The translations under genes were made by a program, and so were the position numbers. A stretch of 56,597 bases of DNA, from IMG/VR virus record IMGVR_UViG_3300020470_005093, positions 1-56,597 of that record; one strand, 5' to 3'. Source of the DNA: a virus. Lineage: Duplodnaviria; Caudoviricetes. The notes under the pieces are model-generated. The model saw nothing but the letters and a program-made list of their open reading frames with translations, did not search any database and was not told the DNA's origin. This document shows, in pieces, positions 36,915-47,638 of this stretch; the first letter of the stretch is position 1; each line of letters begins with the position of its first letter.

Positions 36915-38264
36915 TTAGTAAGGTTTTCTTCCAAAAGTATCTCGTACAAGAGTTAAACTAGTAAAGCAATCTTTCGGAGTTACTCGATGACACAAGCTAG
37001 ATATCATATATATACCACCACTAATCTGATCAACCATTCCAGTATTTTCAATAGTTAATTCAGGAAAATCACAATAAATGAGATCTCCTGCCCTTAAATC
37101 AAAATTACCAGGAATCATAACATTAACCTTAATGGTGAATAACTGGTTGTATCTCATTAAAGATTGTACCATAGTATTTAATGGATCGGAAGTAGGTTTC
37201 TCCCTATTTCCTCTCCAAGTCTGCAATTGCTCATCTGCATTCTCACCTGAAGGCAATGTTCCTATATCAAGAACATGATTCATTAATCTAGATGGAGCCG
37301 TTCTAAATTGAGGAGCAATACCTGCAAACTCTTTAGTTCCTGCAGATACGATTTTACCTTTACTACCACCCCCAGTAGATTCTGCAGAATCAGAAGAATC
37401 AACATTAAAAGTTCTTAACTGATAATCATTTGCATAAAAATCAAAAAATAAACTAACATTAGAATAAGTACCCATCGCTAGATTACTTAAAAGATCTATA
37501 TTTCTATCAATAGAATAATTAAGTATCTTTCCATTATATCCTTTAGGTAAATCTGTAGTATTGGTATAAGTATATTTGTACTTATAATCTTGCTCAAATA
37601 AAACATCAATAGACTTAAAATTAAACCCATCATAAGTTTCATAAAATAAAAATCCAGAAGCTCCACCTTTAGAACCAGAATTTACTGGAATCGATTTAGA
37701 TGCTAACCAAGTACAAACAGTAAAAGGTTTTCTATAATTACCAATGAAATTAAAAGGTTCTAAAGTTTCATCACAATTAACTTTTTTTTGTGTTTTTAAT
37801 CCTACAGTTCCAGATGTGGATTCAGTAAGAATTTTCTTTATATTATCGGATATTTTCTCATTATATCTCCTTACAACTCTACATTGTTCATTTGCAAGAG
37901 CCTCTCTAGAACAAAAATCAAGAGTATAACTATCAGTTTGAGTGCCAGGATTTACATTTCTAATTCTATTAAGATAAAAGGATTTAACCCCTATAAAATT
38001 CAATGAATTCTCAAGATTATCTTTAATTTTAATATCACAACATTCACCACCACCAATTGGAAGACCATTTAACATACCCTTAGTAGGCAATTCTGTAGAA
38101 TTAACATCACCACTTTCAAGAACATCTACACTTAGAGTATGAGAATTAGACAAAACATTCTCATAGTAAGACAATCTAGTAATACCTGGAGTAATATCTA
38201 CTAATCCAGAAATCTCAAATTTATCTATTGAACCAGCTCTGGTTATTGATCTAGCGTCTGACAT
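36915..38264 (-). CDS. baseplate hub protein (gp27-like)
   Basis: FLFYETYDGFNFKSID, PGNFDLRAGD, GIYMISSLCH; position before gp5. Confidence 0.7.
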   Translation of the reverse strand: MSDARSITRAGSIDKFEISGLVDITPGITRLSYYENVLSNSHTLSVDVLESGDVNSTELPTKGMLNGLPIGGGECCDIKIKDNLENSLNFIGVKSFYLNRIRNVNPGTQTDSYTLDFCSREALANEQCRVVRRYNEKISDNIKKILTESTSGTVGLKTQKKVNCDETLEPFNFIGNYRKPFTVCTWLASKSIPVNSGSKGGASGFLFYETYDGFNFKSIDVLFEQDYKYKYTYTNTTDLPKGYNGKILNYSIDRNIDLLSNLAMGTYSNVSLFFDFYANDYQLRTFNVDSSDSAESTGGGSKGKIVSAGTKEFAGIAPQFRTAPSRLMNHVLDIGTLPSGENADEQLQTWRGNREKPTSDPLNTMVQSLMRYNQLFTIKVNVMIPGNFDLRAGDLIYCDFPELTIENTGMVDQISGGIYMISSLCHRVTPKDCFTSLTLVRDTFGRKPY

Positions 38265-40507
38265 TATACTTTATATAAAAAGGATAATAATTGTTCCTTA
38301 TAATATCTATTTAATAGAGATCTAGAACTTGGCATTATAGGCACTAAAGAAGGAACTGGTTCAGGAGTATCTGGGGATGAAGGTTTAGGCATTGCAATAG
38401 GAACACTTATTTCAGACTCAAAATCTTCTTCATACGTACTAATAGTATTGATATCTTCTAAGTTTTTATTATCCTCAGTATCAACAATTTCCTCAATATT
38501 AACCATCTCATCGATGCTACTAGATTCTTTATCAATAGATTCTTTATTTCCACCAAATAAATTACCAACATTAGATAAAAGTCCATCAATACTACGTTCA
38601 AGTTTACTCTTTGAAAAATCAGTTAACATATAATTAAGTTTTTTAGTATTGAAATGTAAATCATCTCTCTTTTTAAACCTATAACTATTAATAAAATCTT
38701 CGGTAGATACTTTATCTTCTTGCGTATATGTCCCTTGAGCACTTAATGAGGGATGTTTACCTTTATTTCGCCCATACTTATACTTAAACGCAGGGTTTGT
38801 AATCTTAACTATTCTATTCGTTCCATCTCCATAATCTTCAATATTAAAATTATTTTCCTTCGCAAAATCATATGGTTTTACTAATCCACCACCAGACATT
38901 CCCCTTCTATTCATAAGTAGTGCTCTATCACGAGCAGATATTCCTCCCTTTGCTGCTGGACTCATAGTATCTGCTTGAGCTTTCAAAAATAATCTATTTG
39001 CTGCTGTACCTGGTATATCTTTATTAATATCAAATGCAATATCTCCTTTAAAATTAGGATTATCTAAAGTTTCTCTTCTAATAAACATCATCTTCTTAAG
39101 AAGTGCTTCTTTAACTTCTGCTGGTATAGACTCGTTCTCCTGCGTCATCTTCACACCCTGATTGAATGCCCACTCACTCATATTAGCAATTGTCTTACCA
39201 AAATCTGGTATCTTACCGTCTCTGTCCATCTCTATTCTGCTATGAGTTCCAAAGAACTCAGGATCACTATCAATCAATTCATTATGTTGTTTCATAAACA
39301 TCTCTAATGAAGGACCAATTGTTGCTAATAAATCTTCTGTGCTCATAGGAGTTGCAGCACCACCTTCATTATATCCACGCATAATAGTTGGTTTATTAGT
39401 TCCACCACCCATACTATTCATAGCAGCAAGAGTATCTTCTCCATATTTCTGAACTGCTCCTTTAGACATAACAAACTCACCAGGAGTTAACATTGCAGGA
39501 ACAGTATCAGTATTACCAGTTCCAGGAACTTTTCCACCCTTATTCATTTTTTGGACATCTATACCATATTTTTCTAATCGTTCAGGTTTCGACAAATTCA
39601 TAAATTCCTTATATTCATCTAAAGGAACTTCCTTCTCATTAATAAATGTCTTTCCTGTTTCTATATCAAATCTATTATCAACTGTTTTCTGGGTTTGAAG
39701 TGTTTTAGTATCAATTTCCTTCTTTTCTACCTTTTCATCTTTTTCACTTGATGGTGTTTCATTATCTGATTCTTCTGGTGGCTCCCAATCCTCCCATTCT
39801 TTTTTTATTTTTTTAGCTTCCGCATCTACATCATCATAGTCTTTACCCAACTCGTTCACTTTATCCTCACCCAAATCTTGACCTCCCCTAAAAAGAGGAG
39901 GTATCTTCATAGCCAAATTAACTAATCCTTTTCCAATTCTAACTATCCATCTTACTACGGGTGTTATTATATCAAGAAACCCCTTAAACCATTGCAAAAT
40001 AGTATCCATATTCTCATATAAAAAAGTCAACAAAGATCCTATTAAAACTGTTCTAATGAATTTTTGTATTCTCTGCAGTGCTGAAATATTCTTAAGAACT
40101 TTTAATTTAGGTCTAACTGGTTTTGGTAATTTTTCAAGAAACTTTTCTCTAGTACGAGCAAACATACTTCTGATACTAGTCCTTTTATCCTTAGCCTCTA
40201 TTCTATCTAATTGAAGATCTTTCTCTAAAATGGATTTAATATCACCGACAACATTATTAATATCACCTACAATATCTTTAACCTCAGTTGATTCTGGTAC
40301 ATCTTTAGAAGACAAATCTGAAGATAATGTAATATTAGTGTTAGAAATAGTAGGAATGGGTCTGCTATATGTTTTTCTTTCTTTCTTCTTCTTATTCATA
40401 AATTTATCAGGATCAATTTTTTTAGCTCTTTCCTTTATCCCCTTGGTAACTTTTTTACCTGCACCAAGTACTGTTTTTCCTAATGCTCCTATTATTGGTA
40501 ATATCAT
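38264..40507 (-). CDS. tape-measure/hub-like protein
   Basis: Helical N-terminus; GGKVPGTGNTDTVPAMLTPGEFVM motif. Confidence 0.65.
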   Translation of the reverse strand: MILPIIGALGKTVLGAGKKVTKGIKERAKKIDPDKFMNKKKKERKTYSRPIPTISNTNITLSSDLSSKDVPESTEVKDIVGDINNVVGDIKSILEKDLQLDRIEAKDKRTSIRSMFARTREKFLEKLPKPVRPKLKVLKNISALQRIQKFIRTVLIGSLLTFLYENMDTILQWFKGFLDIITPVVRWIVRIGKGLVNLAMKIPPLFRGGQDLGEDKVNELGKDYDDVDAEAKKIKKEWEDWEPPEESDNETPSSEKDEKVEKKEIDTKTLQTQKTVDNRFDIETGKTFINEKEVPLDEYKEFMNLSKPERLEKYGIDVQKMNKGGKVPGTGNTDTVPAMLTPGEFVMSKGAVQKYGEDTLAAMNSMGGGTNKPTIMRGYNEGGAATPMSTEDLLATIGPSLEMFMKQHNELIDSDPEFFGTHSRIEMDRDGKIPDFGKTIANMSEWAFNQGVKMTQENESIPAEVKEALLKKMMFIRRETLDNPNFKGDIAFDINKDIPGTAANRLFLKAQADTMSPAAKGGISARDRALLMNRRGMSGGGLVKPYDFAKENNFNIEDYGDGTNRIVKITNPAFKYKYGRNKGKHPSLSAQGTYTQEDKVSTEDFINSYRFKKRDDLHFNTKKLNYMLTDFSKSKLERSIDGLLSNVGNLFGGNKESIDKESSSIDEMVNIEEIVDTEDNKNLEDINTISTYEEDFESEISVPIAMPKPSSPDTPEPVPSLVPIMPSSRSLLNRYYKEQLLSFLYKV

Positions 40508-42654
40508 GCTGGACTCACATTATAAATTCCCTGAATAGCAAAATTTGATTGCGTTGGATCTTCTGAAGAGAAAACGACAGAATTATTACCAAAATTACCT
40601 GATGAACTTGCAATCTTTGACTGCTCACCTCCTGTTATAGGTAAAAGATTAATTTTTGGAGTTTTATTTGAAGCAACAGATTCTATACCACCAGAACTCT
40701 TCACTGATGTCTGATTACTTTTATCTATGTTAGCATTACTAATTTTTTTATCTATACCATATCGGTTTACTTGTTCTTCCTTAGATAAACTCTGGAATTT
40801 ATTATAGTCTTTAGTAGAAACCTCTTGATCATTAATATATGCCTTTCCTGTTTTCATATCAAATCTAGCAGCAACCTCTTTATTAGTCGAGTATGACTCA
40901 GAATCTATTAATTTTGTTGTTGGTTCTACTTTAGCACCCCTATCTTCAAATCCACCCAAAACAGTACCCACTTTTCCTTCATCTACTTTACGTTCATATG
41001 ATTGTTTCCAACGGTGATCCATTTCCTTTCCTGTTTCCAATCTATAAATTTCCTCATTAATTTCACCACCAACACCACTCAATCTTTCCCATAAATTCAA
41101 ATTCTTTTTCTGTTCTCTTAATCTAGCAATAGTCTCTTCCTTTCCAATTTCCACAACAGATTCATTAACCTTATCTATGTTAGAGGGAGGAAGAAGTTTC
41201 TGTTTTTCTGATTCAAGAGTTTCACCTTTCTTATCTACTTTCAAATTAGATTTTACACCTTCAGATTTAGCTCTACCAATTAACCATTCAAAATATCCTT
41301 GAGCACTTGGCATACCAGATTTAAGAAGATTATCTAGATAAAAACCTTTCTTTTGTTGTGTCAATCCTCCAGGTTTTATTGCATTTTCCCATCTTTTAGT
41401 AAATAATTCACCAGCAACCCTATTTGTACCATTCTCTACCATATTATCAAACCAATTTTTACCATTATTACTCAGTGATTTTCTTATTTGTATTAAATTA
41501 TTCAACGACTTGACCAATGCTTCTTTAGGTATTTGCTGTTCCTTTTTAAGTTCCTCAATTTCAGGTGCAGAAGGATCAACACCATTATTAACTTTGGAAT
41601 CAATTTCCACAGCAATAGATCTGAATTTTTTCCAGGATTTTCTTGCAGATTCAAATTCAGGTTCAACTTGTTCAAATATAGCTAAATCTTTAGGATCCAT
41701 ATTAACAGGATCAAATTTGTCATATCTCCCTTCTTCAGTATGTTTTATTGCACGTTCCATTTCTAATTTCATAGGATCCCATCTTCCGATATCAGGATTT
41801 TCATACAGATACTTTGCCAACTTTGCCTTTTCATCTGCTAGAGCCTTTTCCTTACCATCTTTTGTAACCCTATTAATCATACCTTGCTGATATTCATTGA
41901 AACTCTTTCTTCCCTGTAAATCTGGTCCATAGAAATCATCCATATATCGTTTAGTCTCTATTCCCGCCCCAATTGCTGCAGTTACTACACCTGCAGCAGC
42001 TGCTGCTACTGCAAATCCTTTAAGACCAACAAGACTTAAAATACCTTTAAGAGTTCCACCGATACCAATAAGTCCTCCTACAAAATTTATTGCAGTAAGA
42101 GCAACTAGGGTTGCAATAATCTTACCACCATGATCTTGAAGAAATTTTGCAAAATTCTTTAAATTATCTAAATTTTTTGGATCCTTTAACCATTCAAGTA
42201 AATTTATTATTACAGAACCTAACACTATACTTGTAAGGAATTTTTTTAACCTACCAAAAATATCTTTAGCTACTCCCCCTACAGCCTTTAATGGACCTTC
42301 ACGTTTTTCTTTTTTATCTTCTAATTCATCCTCTCTTCTTTTTTTCTTCAATCGTTCATTTTCTTTTCTAGCATCTCTTCTCTCTTTCAATCTTTCTTTA
42401 ACCTGATCAGCTAATATTGCCTTTACTCCTACTAAAGCCTCGGTAATAGAATGCAACCCATCCATCAAATCATTATTAGTATTATCTACATCATCTTCAA
42501 TCTTTTCTAATCTAAGATCTACATTCTCCTTACGTAAATTAATAGTACTCTTAATTAAAGTAATTTTTTTCGAGTTACTCTCAACCTTCTCCTCTAAAGA
42601 AAGTCCTCTTTTAAAAGAATCCGCATTTATTTTTTTAGGAGGCGCCTCAGGCAT
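40504..42654 (-). CDS. tail length determinant/hub-like protein (gp29-like)
   Basis: Charged coiled-coil and hydrophobic segment; follows gp51. Confidence 0.6.
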   Translation of the reverse strand: MPEAPPKKINADSFKRGLSLEEKVESNSKKITLIKSTINLRKENVDLRLEKIEDDVDNTNNDLMDGLHSITEALVGVKAILADQVKERLKERRDARKENERLKKKRREDELEDKKEKREGPLKAVGGVAKDIFGRLKKFLTSIVLGSVIINLLEWLKDPKNLDNLKNFAKFLQDHGGKIIATLVALTAINFVGGLIGIGGTLKGILSLVGLKGFAVAAAAAGVVTAAIGAGIETKRYMDDFYGPDLQGRKSFNEYQQGMINRVTKDGKEKALADEKAKLAKYLYENPDIGRWDPMKLEMERAIKHTEEGRYDKFDPVNMDPKDLAIFEQVEPEFESARKSWKKFRSIAVEIDSKVNNGVDPSAPEIEELKKEQQIPKEALVKSLNNLIQIRKSLSNNGKNWFDNMVENGTNRVAGELFTKRWENAIKPGGLTQQKKGFYLDNLLKSGMPSAQGYFEWLIGRAKSEGVKSNLKVDKKGETLESEKQKLLPPSNIDKVNESVVEIGKEETIARLREQKKNLNLWERLSGVGGEINEEIYRLETGKEMDHRWKQSYERKVDEGKVGTVLGGFEDRGAKVEPTTKLIDSESYSTNKEVAARFDMKTGKAYINDQEVSTKDYNKFQSLSKEEQVNRYGIDKKISNANIDKSNQTSVKSSGGIESVASNKTPKINLLPITGGEQSKIASSSGNFGNNSVVFSSEDPTQSNFAIQGIYNVSPA

Positions 42655-42832
42655 TTCTATTCTTTGCTTGCTGTTGTTTTAATCTTTCATCTTCAAGATG
42701 TTGCTGTAGAAGACCAACATAAATGTCTCTTTCCCAAGGAATAAGATTTTCAATCTCAGTTAATGAGTATTTATGATACTGCATCAAAGCAAAATTTATT
42801 TTATAATAACTCTCAAGGCTCATATGAACCAT
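42647..42832 (-). CDS. gp51: baseplate hub assembly catalyst
   Basis: YYKINFALMQYHKYSLTEIENLIPWERDIY. Confidence 0.9.
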   Translation of the reverse strand: MVHMSLESYYKINFALMQYHKYSLTEIENLIPWERDIYVGLLQQHLEDERLKQQQAKNRNA

Positions 42833-42834
42833 TC

Positions 42835-43554
42835 CTAACCGAAAAAAGATGTTAGTCCCTCAAGTAGAACAGTATTTTCCTTTTTAGTTTTAGGATTGAT
42901 AAAAGTTACTTCATGAGATAACTTAGGCATAGTTTCAAAGAATTTCTCAACTTTTTTAAATTGAACAGTATTCATTTGTTCCAAAAATTCTACTAATTCT
43001 TTCTTAGTACAATCAGATGCCGACCAAACTTCATCATCAGTGTAAACAGTATCTATGGAAGATGCGATTAATTCAAATGATTTTTCAAAACCAATTTCGT
43101 TACCAAGTTCAAAATTATTATTAATAAATTCATTTAATGAAGGATACTTCATTTCCATCATCAAATTATCATCCAATTGAATCTTATTAGTATGATTTTC
43201 ATCTTTATGTACCTGAATATCATCAATATTAATCTCAACAGGTACTGAAGTTACTCCATCATCAGGAGCAAACAAATTAACTTCAATAACTTCTCCTACA
43301 GACTTACCTCGAATATTTAAAAATAAGTACTCAATATCAAATGTAGGAAGAGTTTCTACCTTCACACCTCTTGATTGAATGCAACTACTAAGAACAGCCT
43401 TAATAGCATTTGTTATTTGTTTCGTATCTTCAGATTCTAATGCTAAAACTAAAAGTTTTTCTTCTTTAACTAAAAAAGGTCTATATTTTACAGTCTTATT
43501 ATTAGAAGGCAATACCAACTCATAAGTTGGAGTAGCAATTTTTGGTAAAGGCAT
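42835..43554 (-). CDS. gp26: baseplate hub subunit
   Basis: MPLPKI...YRPFLVKEEKLL...FLNIRGKSVGE...LEGLTSFF. Confidence 0.92.
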   Translation of the reverse strand: MPLPKIATPTYELVLPSNNKTVKYRPFLVKEEKLLVLALESEDTKQITNAIKAVLSSCIQSRGVKVETLPTFDIEYLFLNIRGKSVGEVIEVNLFAPDDGVTSVPVEINIDDIQVHKDENHTNKIQLDDNLMMEMKYPSLNEFINNNFELGNEIGFEKSFELIASSIDTVYTDDEVWSASDCTKKELVEFLEQMNTVQFKKVEKFFETMPKLSHEVTFINPKTKKENTVLLEGLTSFFG

Positions 43555-43573
43555 GATAATTAGATCAGTGTTT

Positions 43574-43580
43574 TATTTAG
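43574..43580 (-). promoter_or_regulatory. late promoter-like (CTAAATA)
   Basis: Intergenic, upstream of gp26. Confidence 0.5.
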
Positions 43581-43584
43581 CTCG

Positions 43585-44367
43585 TTATTTAAGGAATGGT
43601 AAGAACTTAGGATCCATTGCTCTTATAGCATTGGGATTAGTAATTTCATTTGAACTAGCTTTGGATGGTGCATTCATTGCAGCAACTTCTGCAGCAGAAT
43701 ATTGATTTTCTATTTCTATACCACTATTCATAAAATGCTCAACAGCAATTGTTCCTTCTTCTAATTCTTTAATATTATACCTCATAAATGAAAAATTGAC
43801 ACTACATTTCAAAATCTCTGGTTGATCATATGATACTGGCATTGCAGTAATACTAAGAGGAAAAGCTTTTTGAAAACAATATTCTAGAATTTTACTATCA
43901 GTTACATTATAATCTTTCTCAAATTTTGTCAAATGAATATCTTTTTTATATCCATTCACCCCACCAGGATATGCATATCTAGCATTAGCATATGGATTAG
44001 CAAATTTTCTACTATCAACTCCACTAATATAATTAATCCATCCCTCAAATAATTTAATTACATTATATCTACGATCAACATAAAAAGATGTGTTAAAGGT
44101 TTCATCATATATTCTTCTATATGCCATTCTTTCAGTAACTCCATGATAATCATTAGTTGATTCATGAGTAGCAAGAGATGATCCTGGCAAATTTGCATTA
44201 CTACATAGCAACTCAACTCTTTCCGTCTGCCACGAACCCATACCCAATGCATCCGTAACCTTCAAAGGAATACTTAAACTTAAAAGATATTGGGAAGTCT
44301 GAGCTACATTTAATAAAGTAGATTTTATATCACTTATTGGTAATTTTTTGGGACTCTTAGCTGGCAT
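43585..44367 (-). CDS. gp54: baseplate-tail tube initiator
   Basis: LLCSNANLPG...FEGWINYI...AFPLSI tube-fold motifs; position between gp4 and gp26. Confidence 0.7.
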   Translation of the reverse strand: MPAKSPKKLPISDIKSTLLNVAQTSQYLLSLSIPLKVTDALGMGSWQTERVELLCSNANLPGSSLATHESTNDYHGVTERMAYRRIYDETFNTSFYVDRRYNVIKLFEGWINYISGVDSRKFANPYANARYAYPGGVNGYKKDIHLTKFEKDYNVTDSKILEYCFQKAFPLSITAMPVSYDQPEILKCSVNFSFMRYNIKELEEGTIAVEHFMNSGIEIENQYSAAEVAAMNAPSKASSNEITNPNAIRAMDPKFLPFLK

Positions 44368-44368
44368 C

Positions 44369-44376
44369 TATAAATA
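44369..44376 (+). promoter_or_regulatory. T4 late promoter TATAAATA
   Basis: Perfect consensus 30 nt upstream of the gp4 ATG. Confidence 0.8.
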
Positions 44377-44406
44377 ATTTTTAGGCCGTTATATTATGTA
44401 TACAAG

Positions 44407-44847
44407 ATGGCAGAGAGTATTAAGAGTAGGTACAAACCAGAAAACCCCAGAAAATACAAAGGAGACTATAAAAACATTATATGTCGAAGTAGTTGGGAAA
44501 GAAAATTTTGCAGATGGTGTGACCTCAACGAAAGTATTTTAGAATGGGGCAGTGAAGAATTTTTTATACCTTATCGTGCTCCTGATGGTAAGGTTCGTAG
44601 ATACTTTCCAGATTTTATTATGAAAGTAAAAGAAAGTAACGGTCAAGTAAAAACTTATGTAATTGAAGTTAAACCACTAAAACAAACAAAACCACCAAAG
44701 AAAAAGAAAAGAGTTACTAAATCATACATATATGAATGCACTACATATGCAGTCAATCAAGCAAAATGGAAAGCAGCAGATGAATGGTGTAAGGATCATA
44801 AAATAGAATTTAAAATCATTACCGAAAAAGAATTAGGTATTAATTAA
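44407..44847 (+). CDS. gp4: head completion nuclease
   Basis: PENPRKYKGD...RSSWE...RYFPDF...IEVKP...NQAKW. Confidence 0.92.
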   Translation: MAESIKSRYKPENPRKYKGDYKNIICRSSWERKFCRWCDLNESILEWGSEEFFIPYRAPDGKVRRYFPDFIMKVKESNGQVKTYVIEVKPLKQTKPPKKKKRVTKSYIYECTTYAVNQAKWKAADEWCKDHKIEFKIITEKELGIN

Positions 44848-45191
44848 TGGATAGAATAGAAGAACTTCAAGAAAAACTCGATGGGTCGGAAGATGCCGAT
44901 CTAATTATGATGAGTATTTTAGAAGTATTCACTGAAACAGAATGGGTTCCAGATGCAGGAAAATATTATACATTTATATACATAGCAAAAACTCCTGATA
45001 AATACTATGACGAACATCCATTAGTTGCTGTTACATCAGTAGAAAAATGGGGATTCAAAGGACTAAATTTTCATTGGGGTGAATCTCGAAACTACACTTG
45101 GAGAGAAGTGGTTGGTGCTTTACATGTAATCAATAATGATGAGATTGAGTATTTACGTTCATTACCTTATGCTAAATATCGGGCTAAATAA
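44847..45191 (+). CDS. gp2: DNA end protector-like protein
   Basis: YTFIYIAKT...YYDEHPLV...GFKGLNFHW. Confidence 0.65.
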   Translation: MDRIEELQEKLDGSEDADLIMMSILEVFTETEWVPDAGKYYTFIYIAKTPDKYYDEHPLVAVTSVEKWGFKGLNFHWGESRNYTWREVVGALHVINNDEIEYLRSLPYAKYRAK

Positions 45192-45206
45192 TTAAAAAAT
45201 TCTAGT

Positions 45207-46622
45207 ATGGGATTCGGAAACTTAGGAGTTAAAGAAGCCACAGATACTTTTCTTGTAAATGGTAAATCATTTAATCTATCAAAAGAAGTAGAAACTGGTG
45301 AACAAACTATTATAAGAAATAACGATATTCCTCTAACACAAGAGGAAATATTTACTGCTGGAGCTTTTTATGATGCAGAATTAAGTGAAGTTGAATGGGC
45401 TAAAATAACATCATGGGATGAAGATAATTACTTAGAAATAAAAGGAGCATCCTTTGAAGATGTAGAAGAAATACTTAATGATTCAACTTATAAGAATATA
45501 TTCAGAGATGCTGCAGGAGAAGATCCAAATAATCTTAGTTTTGCAGATGCAATAGAAGGAGGTGCTTTATTAAAAAGTATAGGTGGAATGAATACTGGCA
45601 AGTCATATGGTGGTGCATATGATGCTGATCCACAATCTCTGGTCTATCCATTAAATAGAGACCCTGAAGAAAAATTTGATTATTTACAAGTAGTTGGATA
45701 TGAATATATTCCTGGTATGACTAGTAAAGATTGGACTTGGGATTCAGGAATTTCAAGAAAGACAACTAAAGATGCAGATGGAAACGAGACTAGTGGATAT
45801 GAATATAAGGTCGAGGAATCACCAGATTTTAGGAGACCTGGCGCTCGATATGACCAAAGTGCTAGAAAGAAAAATATTTTAGCTACAGTAAGATTGCCAA
45901 TGACTGGAGGACTATCTGAATCTAATTCAGTTGGTTGGGGACCAGATAATCTAGATGCTTTGCGTTTAGCAGGAGCAAGACTTGCATCAGCAGGTATAGA
46001 TATATTTACAGGAGGGAATGTTGATGAGATATTTAGAGAGATGGGAGGTGAAATTGAAAATCTCCTTGGAGATATAACTAAAGAGCAAATTAAAACATTT
46101 TTTGCAGGTGAAGCTGTTGGTGCAAATATTTTTACAAGGGGAACAGGAATGGTACTTAACCCTAATTTAGAACTATTATTCAATGGACCTAACTTAAGAA
46201 CATTTCAATATGCTTTTAATTTCGTACCTAGAGAACCTGCAGAAGCACAAAATATAAGAAATATTATAAGATTTTTCAAACAAAATATGGCTCCTAAAAA
46301 ATCTGATGGAGGAACTTTTCTACAATCACCAAATATTTTCCAATTAAAATATCTTACTGATGGTGGAGAAGACCATCCATTCTTAAACCATATAAAATTA
46401 ACAGCTTTAACTAATTTTACGGTCAATTATACACCAAGCAATCAATACATGACCTATGAAGAAAATAAATCTATGACATCCTATCAAGTAGGAATGACAT
46501 TTAGTGAACTAGAACCAGTCCTCTTTGATGATTTTAATGAAGGAGAAATAGTAGGTGTGGTTGATGGAGATTACTCTAATGCAAGTGTTGTTGGTGATAA
46601 TTACTTCTCAATGGGGTATTAA
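45207..46622 (+). CDS. gp48: baseplate tail tube cap
   Basis: NPNLELLFNGPNLRTF...FSELEP; CTAAATA at 45184-45190 upstream. Confidence 0.88.
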   Translation: MGFGNLGVKEATDTFLVNGKSFNLSKEVETGEQTIIRNNDIPLTQEEIFTAGAFYDAELSEVEWAKITSWDEDNYLEIKGASFEDVEEILNDSTYKNIFRDAAGEDPNNLSFADAIEGGALLKSIGGMNTGKSYGGAYDADPQSLVYPLNRDPEEKFDYLQVVGYEYIPGMTSKDWTWDSGISRKTTKDADGNETSGYEYKVEESPDFRRPGARYDQSARKKNILATVRLPMTGGLSESNSVGWGPDNLDALRLAGARLASAGIDIFTGGNVDEIFREMGGEIENLLGDITKEQIKTFFAGEAVGANIFTRGTGMVLNPNLELLFNGPNLRTFQYAFNFVPREPAEAQNIRNIIRFFKQNMAPKKSDGGTFLQSPNIFQLKYLTDGGEDHPFLNHIKLTALTNFTVNYTPSNQYMTYEENKSMTSYQVGMTFSELEPVLFDDFNEGEIVGVVDGDYSNASVVGDNYFSMGY

Positions 46623-46624
46623 AA

Positions 46625-47638
46625 ATGGCAAATCCTTATTTTAGACAAGTACCTAATTTCGATTATATTAATCGAAATAAAGATAGTTCAACTTTATCAA
46701 ATTATATAAGAGTAAAAAACCTATTTAAAAGGGCAAAACTTCGTGAAGATATTATTGCCAATCTTGCATACTTTACTAAGTATCAAATAATTGGGGATGA
46801 TAGACCAGATAATGTTGCACAAGAAGTATATAATGATCCTCAGTTAGATTGGATAGTTTTGTTAGCAAATAACATTTTAAATATTCAAAATGAATGGCCA
46901 TTACCCCAAAGAACATTCGATGCATATCTATTGGACAAATACGATACATATGAAAAATTAAATTCAACACATCATTATGAAACTGTAGAAATTAAGAATT
47001 CCAAAAATTCCATAATATTAGAAGGTGGATTAGAAACTCCAAGCACATGGAAAACTAATGGAAATTTTTTACAAGTATCGAAAACAACTATAGGACAAAT
47101 ATTTGCAGGTAGTGGTGGAATTCCATCAAAAACAGTCACAGTTACTATGAACAATGGTATCAAAAACTTAACTGTAGGTTCTGAAATACAAATTAACAAC
47201 GTATCCCATCCAGACTTTAATGGAAGATTTGCCGTAACCTCAATTTTTGCTGCTGTAGAAGATATGGTTATTAAATTCACTTATGATTTACCTTCAATTC
47301 CAACAGTATTATCACCTTCACTAAATGGTACTGAAGAGATATTACTCACAGTAGAAGGAAATATTGGTGTAGGAAATGCCTATTATTATGAATATTTTGA
47401 TAAAGGACTAAATTCTTATGTTACCGTTCCTTCTTCAAAAGTAGTTAAGGAAGTTACCAATTATCAATACGAAGAAAATATAGAAAATAATAAAAGGAAT
47501 ATATTTGTAATAAAACCAGAATATCTAGGAGTTATATTTAACGATATGGATGATATCATGAAATATAAAAAGGGTTCCACTCAATATGTAAGTGAAACCC
47601 TAAAGAAAGGAGAAAATATTAGATTATACCAAAATTAA
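46625..47638 (+). CDS. gp53: baseplate wedge subunit
   Basis: YFRQVP...RPDNVAQEVY...WIVLLAN...HHYET...VTNYQYE. Confidence 0.88.
   Translation: MANPYFRQVPNFDYINRNKDSSTLSNYIRVKNLFKRAKLREDIIANLAYFTKYQIIGDDRPDNVAQEVYNDPQLDWIVLLANNILNIQNEWPLPQRTFDAYLLDKYDTYEKLNSTHHYETVEIKNSKNSIILEGGLETPSTWKTNGNFLQVSKTTIGQIFAGSGGIPSKTVTVTMNNGIKNLTVGSEIQINNVSHPDFNGRFAVTSIFAAVEDMVIKFTYDLPSIPTVLSPSLNGTEEILLTVEGNIGVGNAYYYEYFDKGLNSYVTVPSSKVVKEVTNYQYEENIENNKRNIFVIKPEYLGVIFNDMDDIMKYKKGSTQYVSETLKKGENIRLYQN

Noticed and set aside
44407-44847. TnsA-like transposase or homing endonuclease
   Set aside because: Sequence and synteny match T4 gp4; no element ends seen
45680-46426. Minus-strand ORFs inside gp48
   Set aside because: Antisense shadows of a conserved gene
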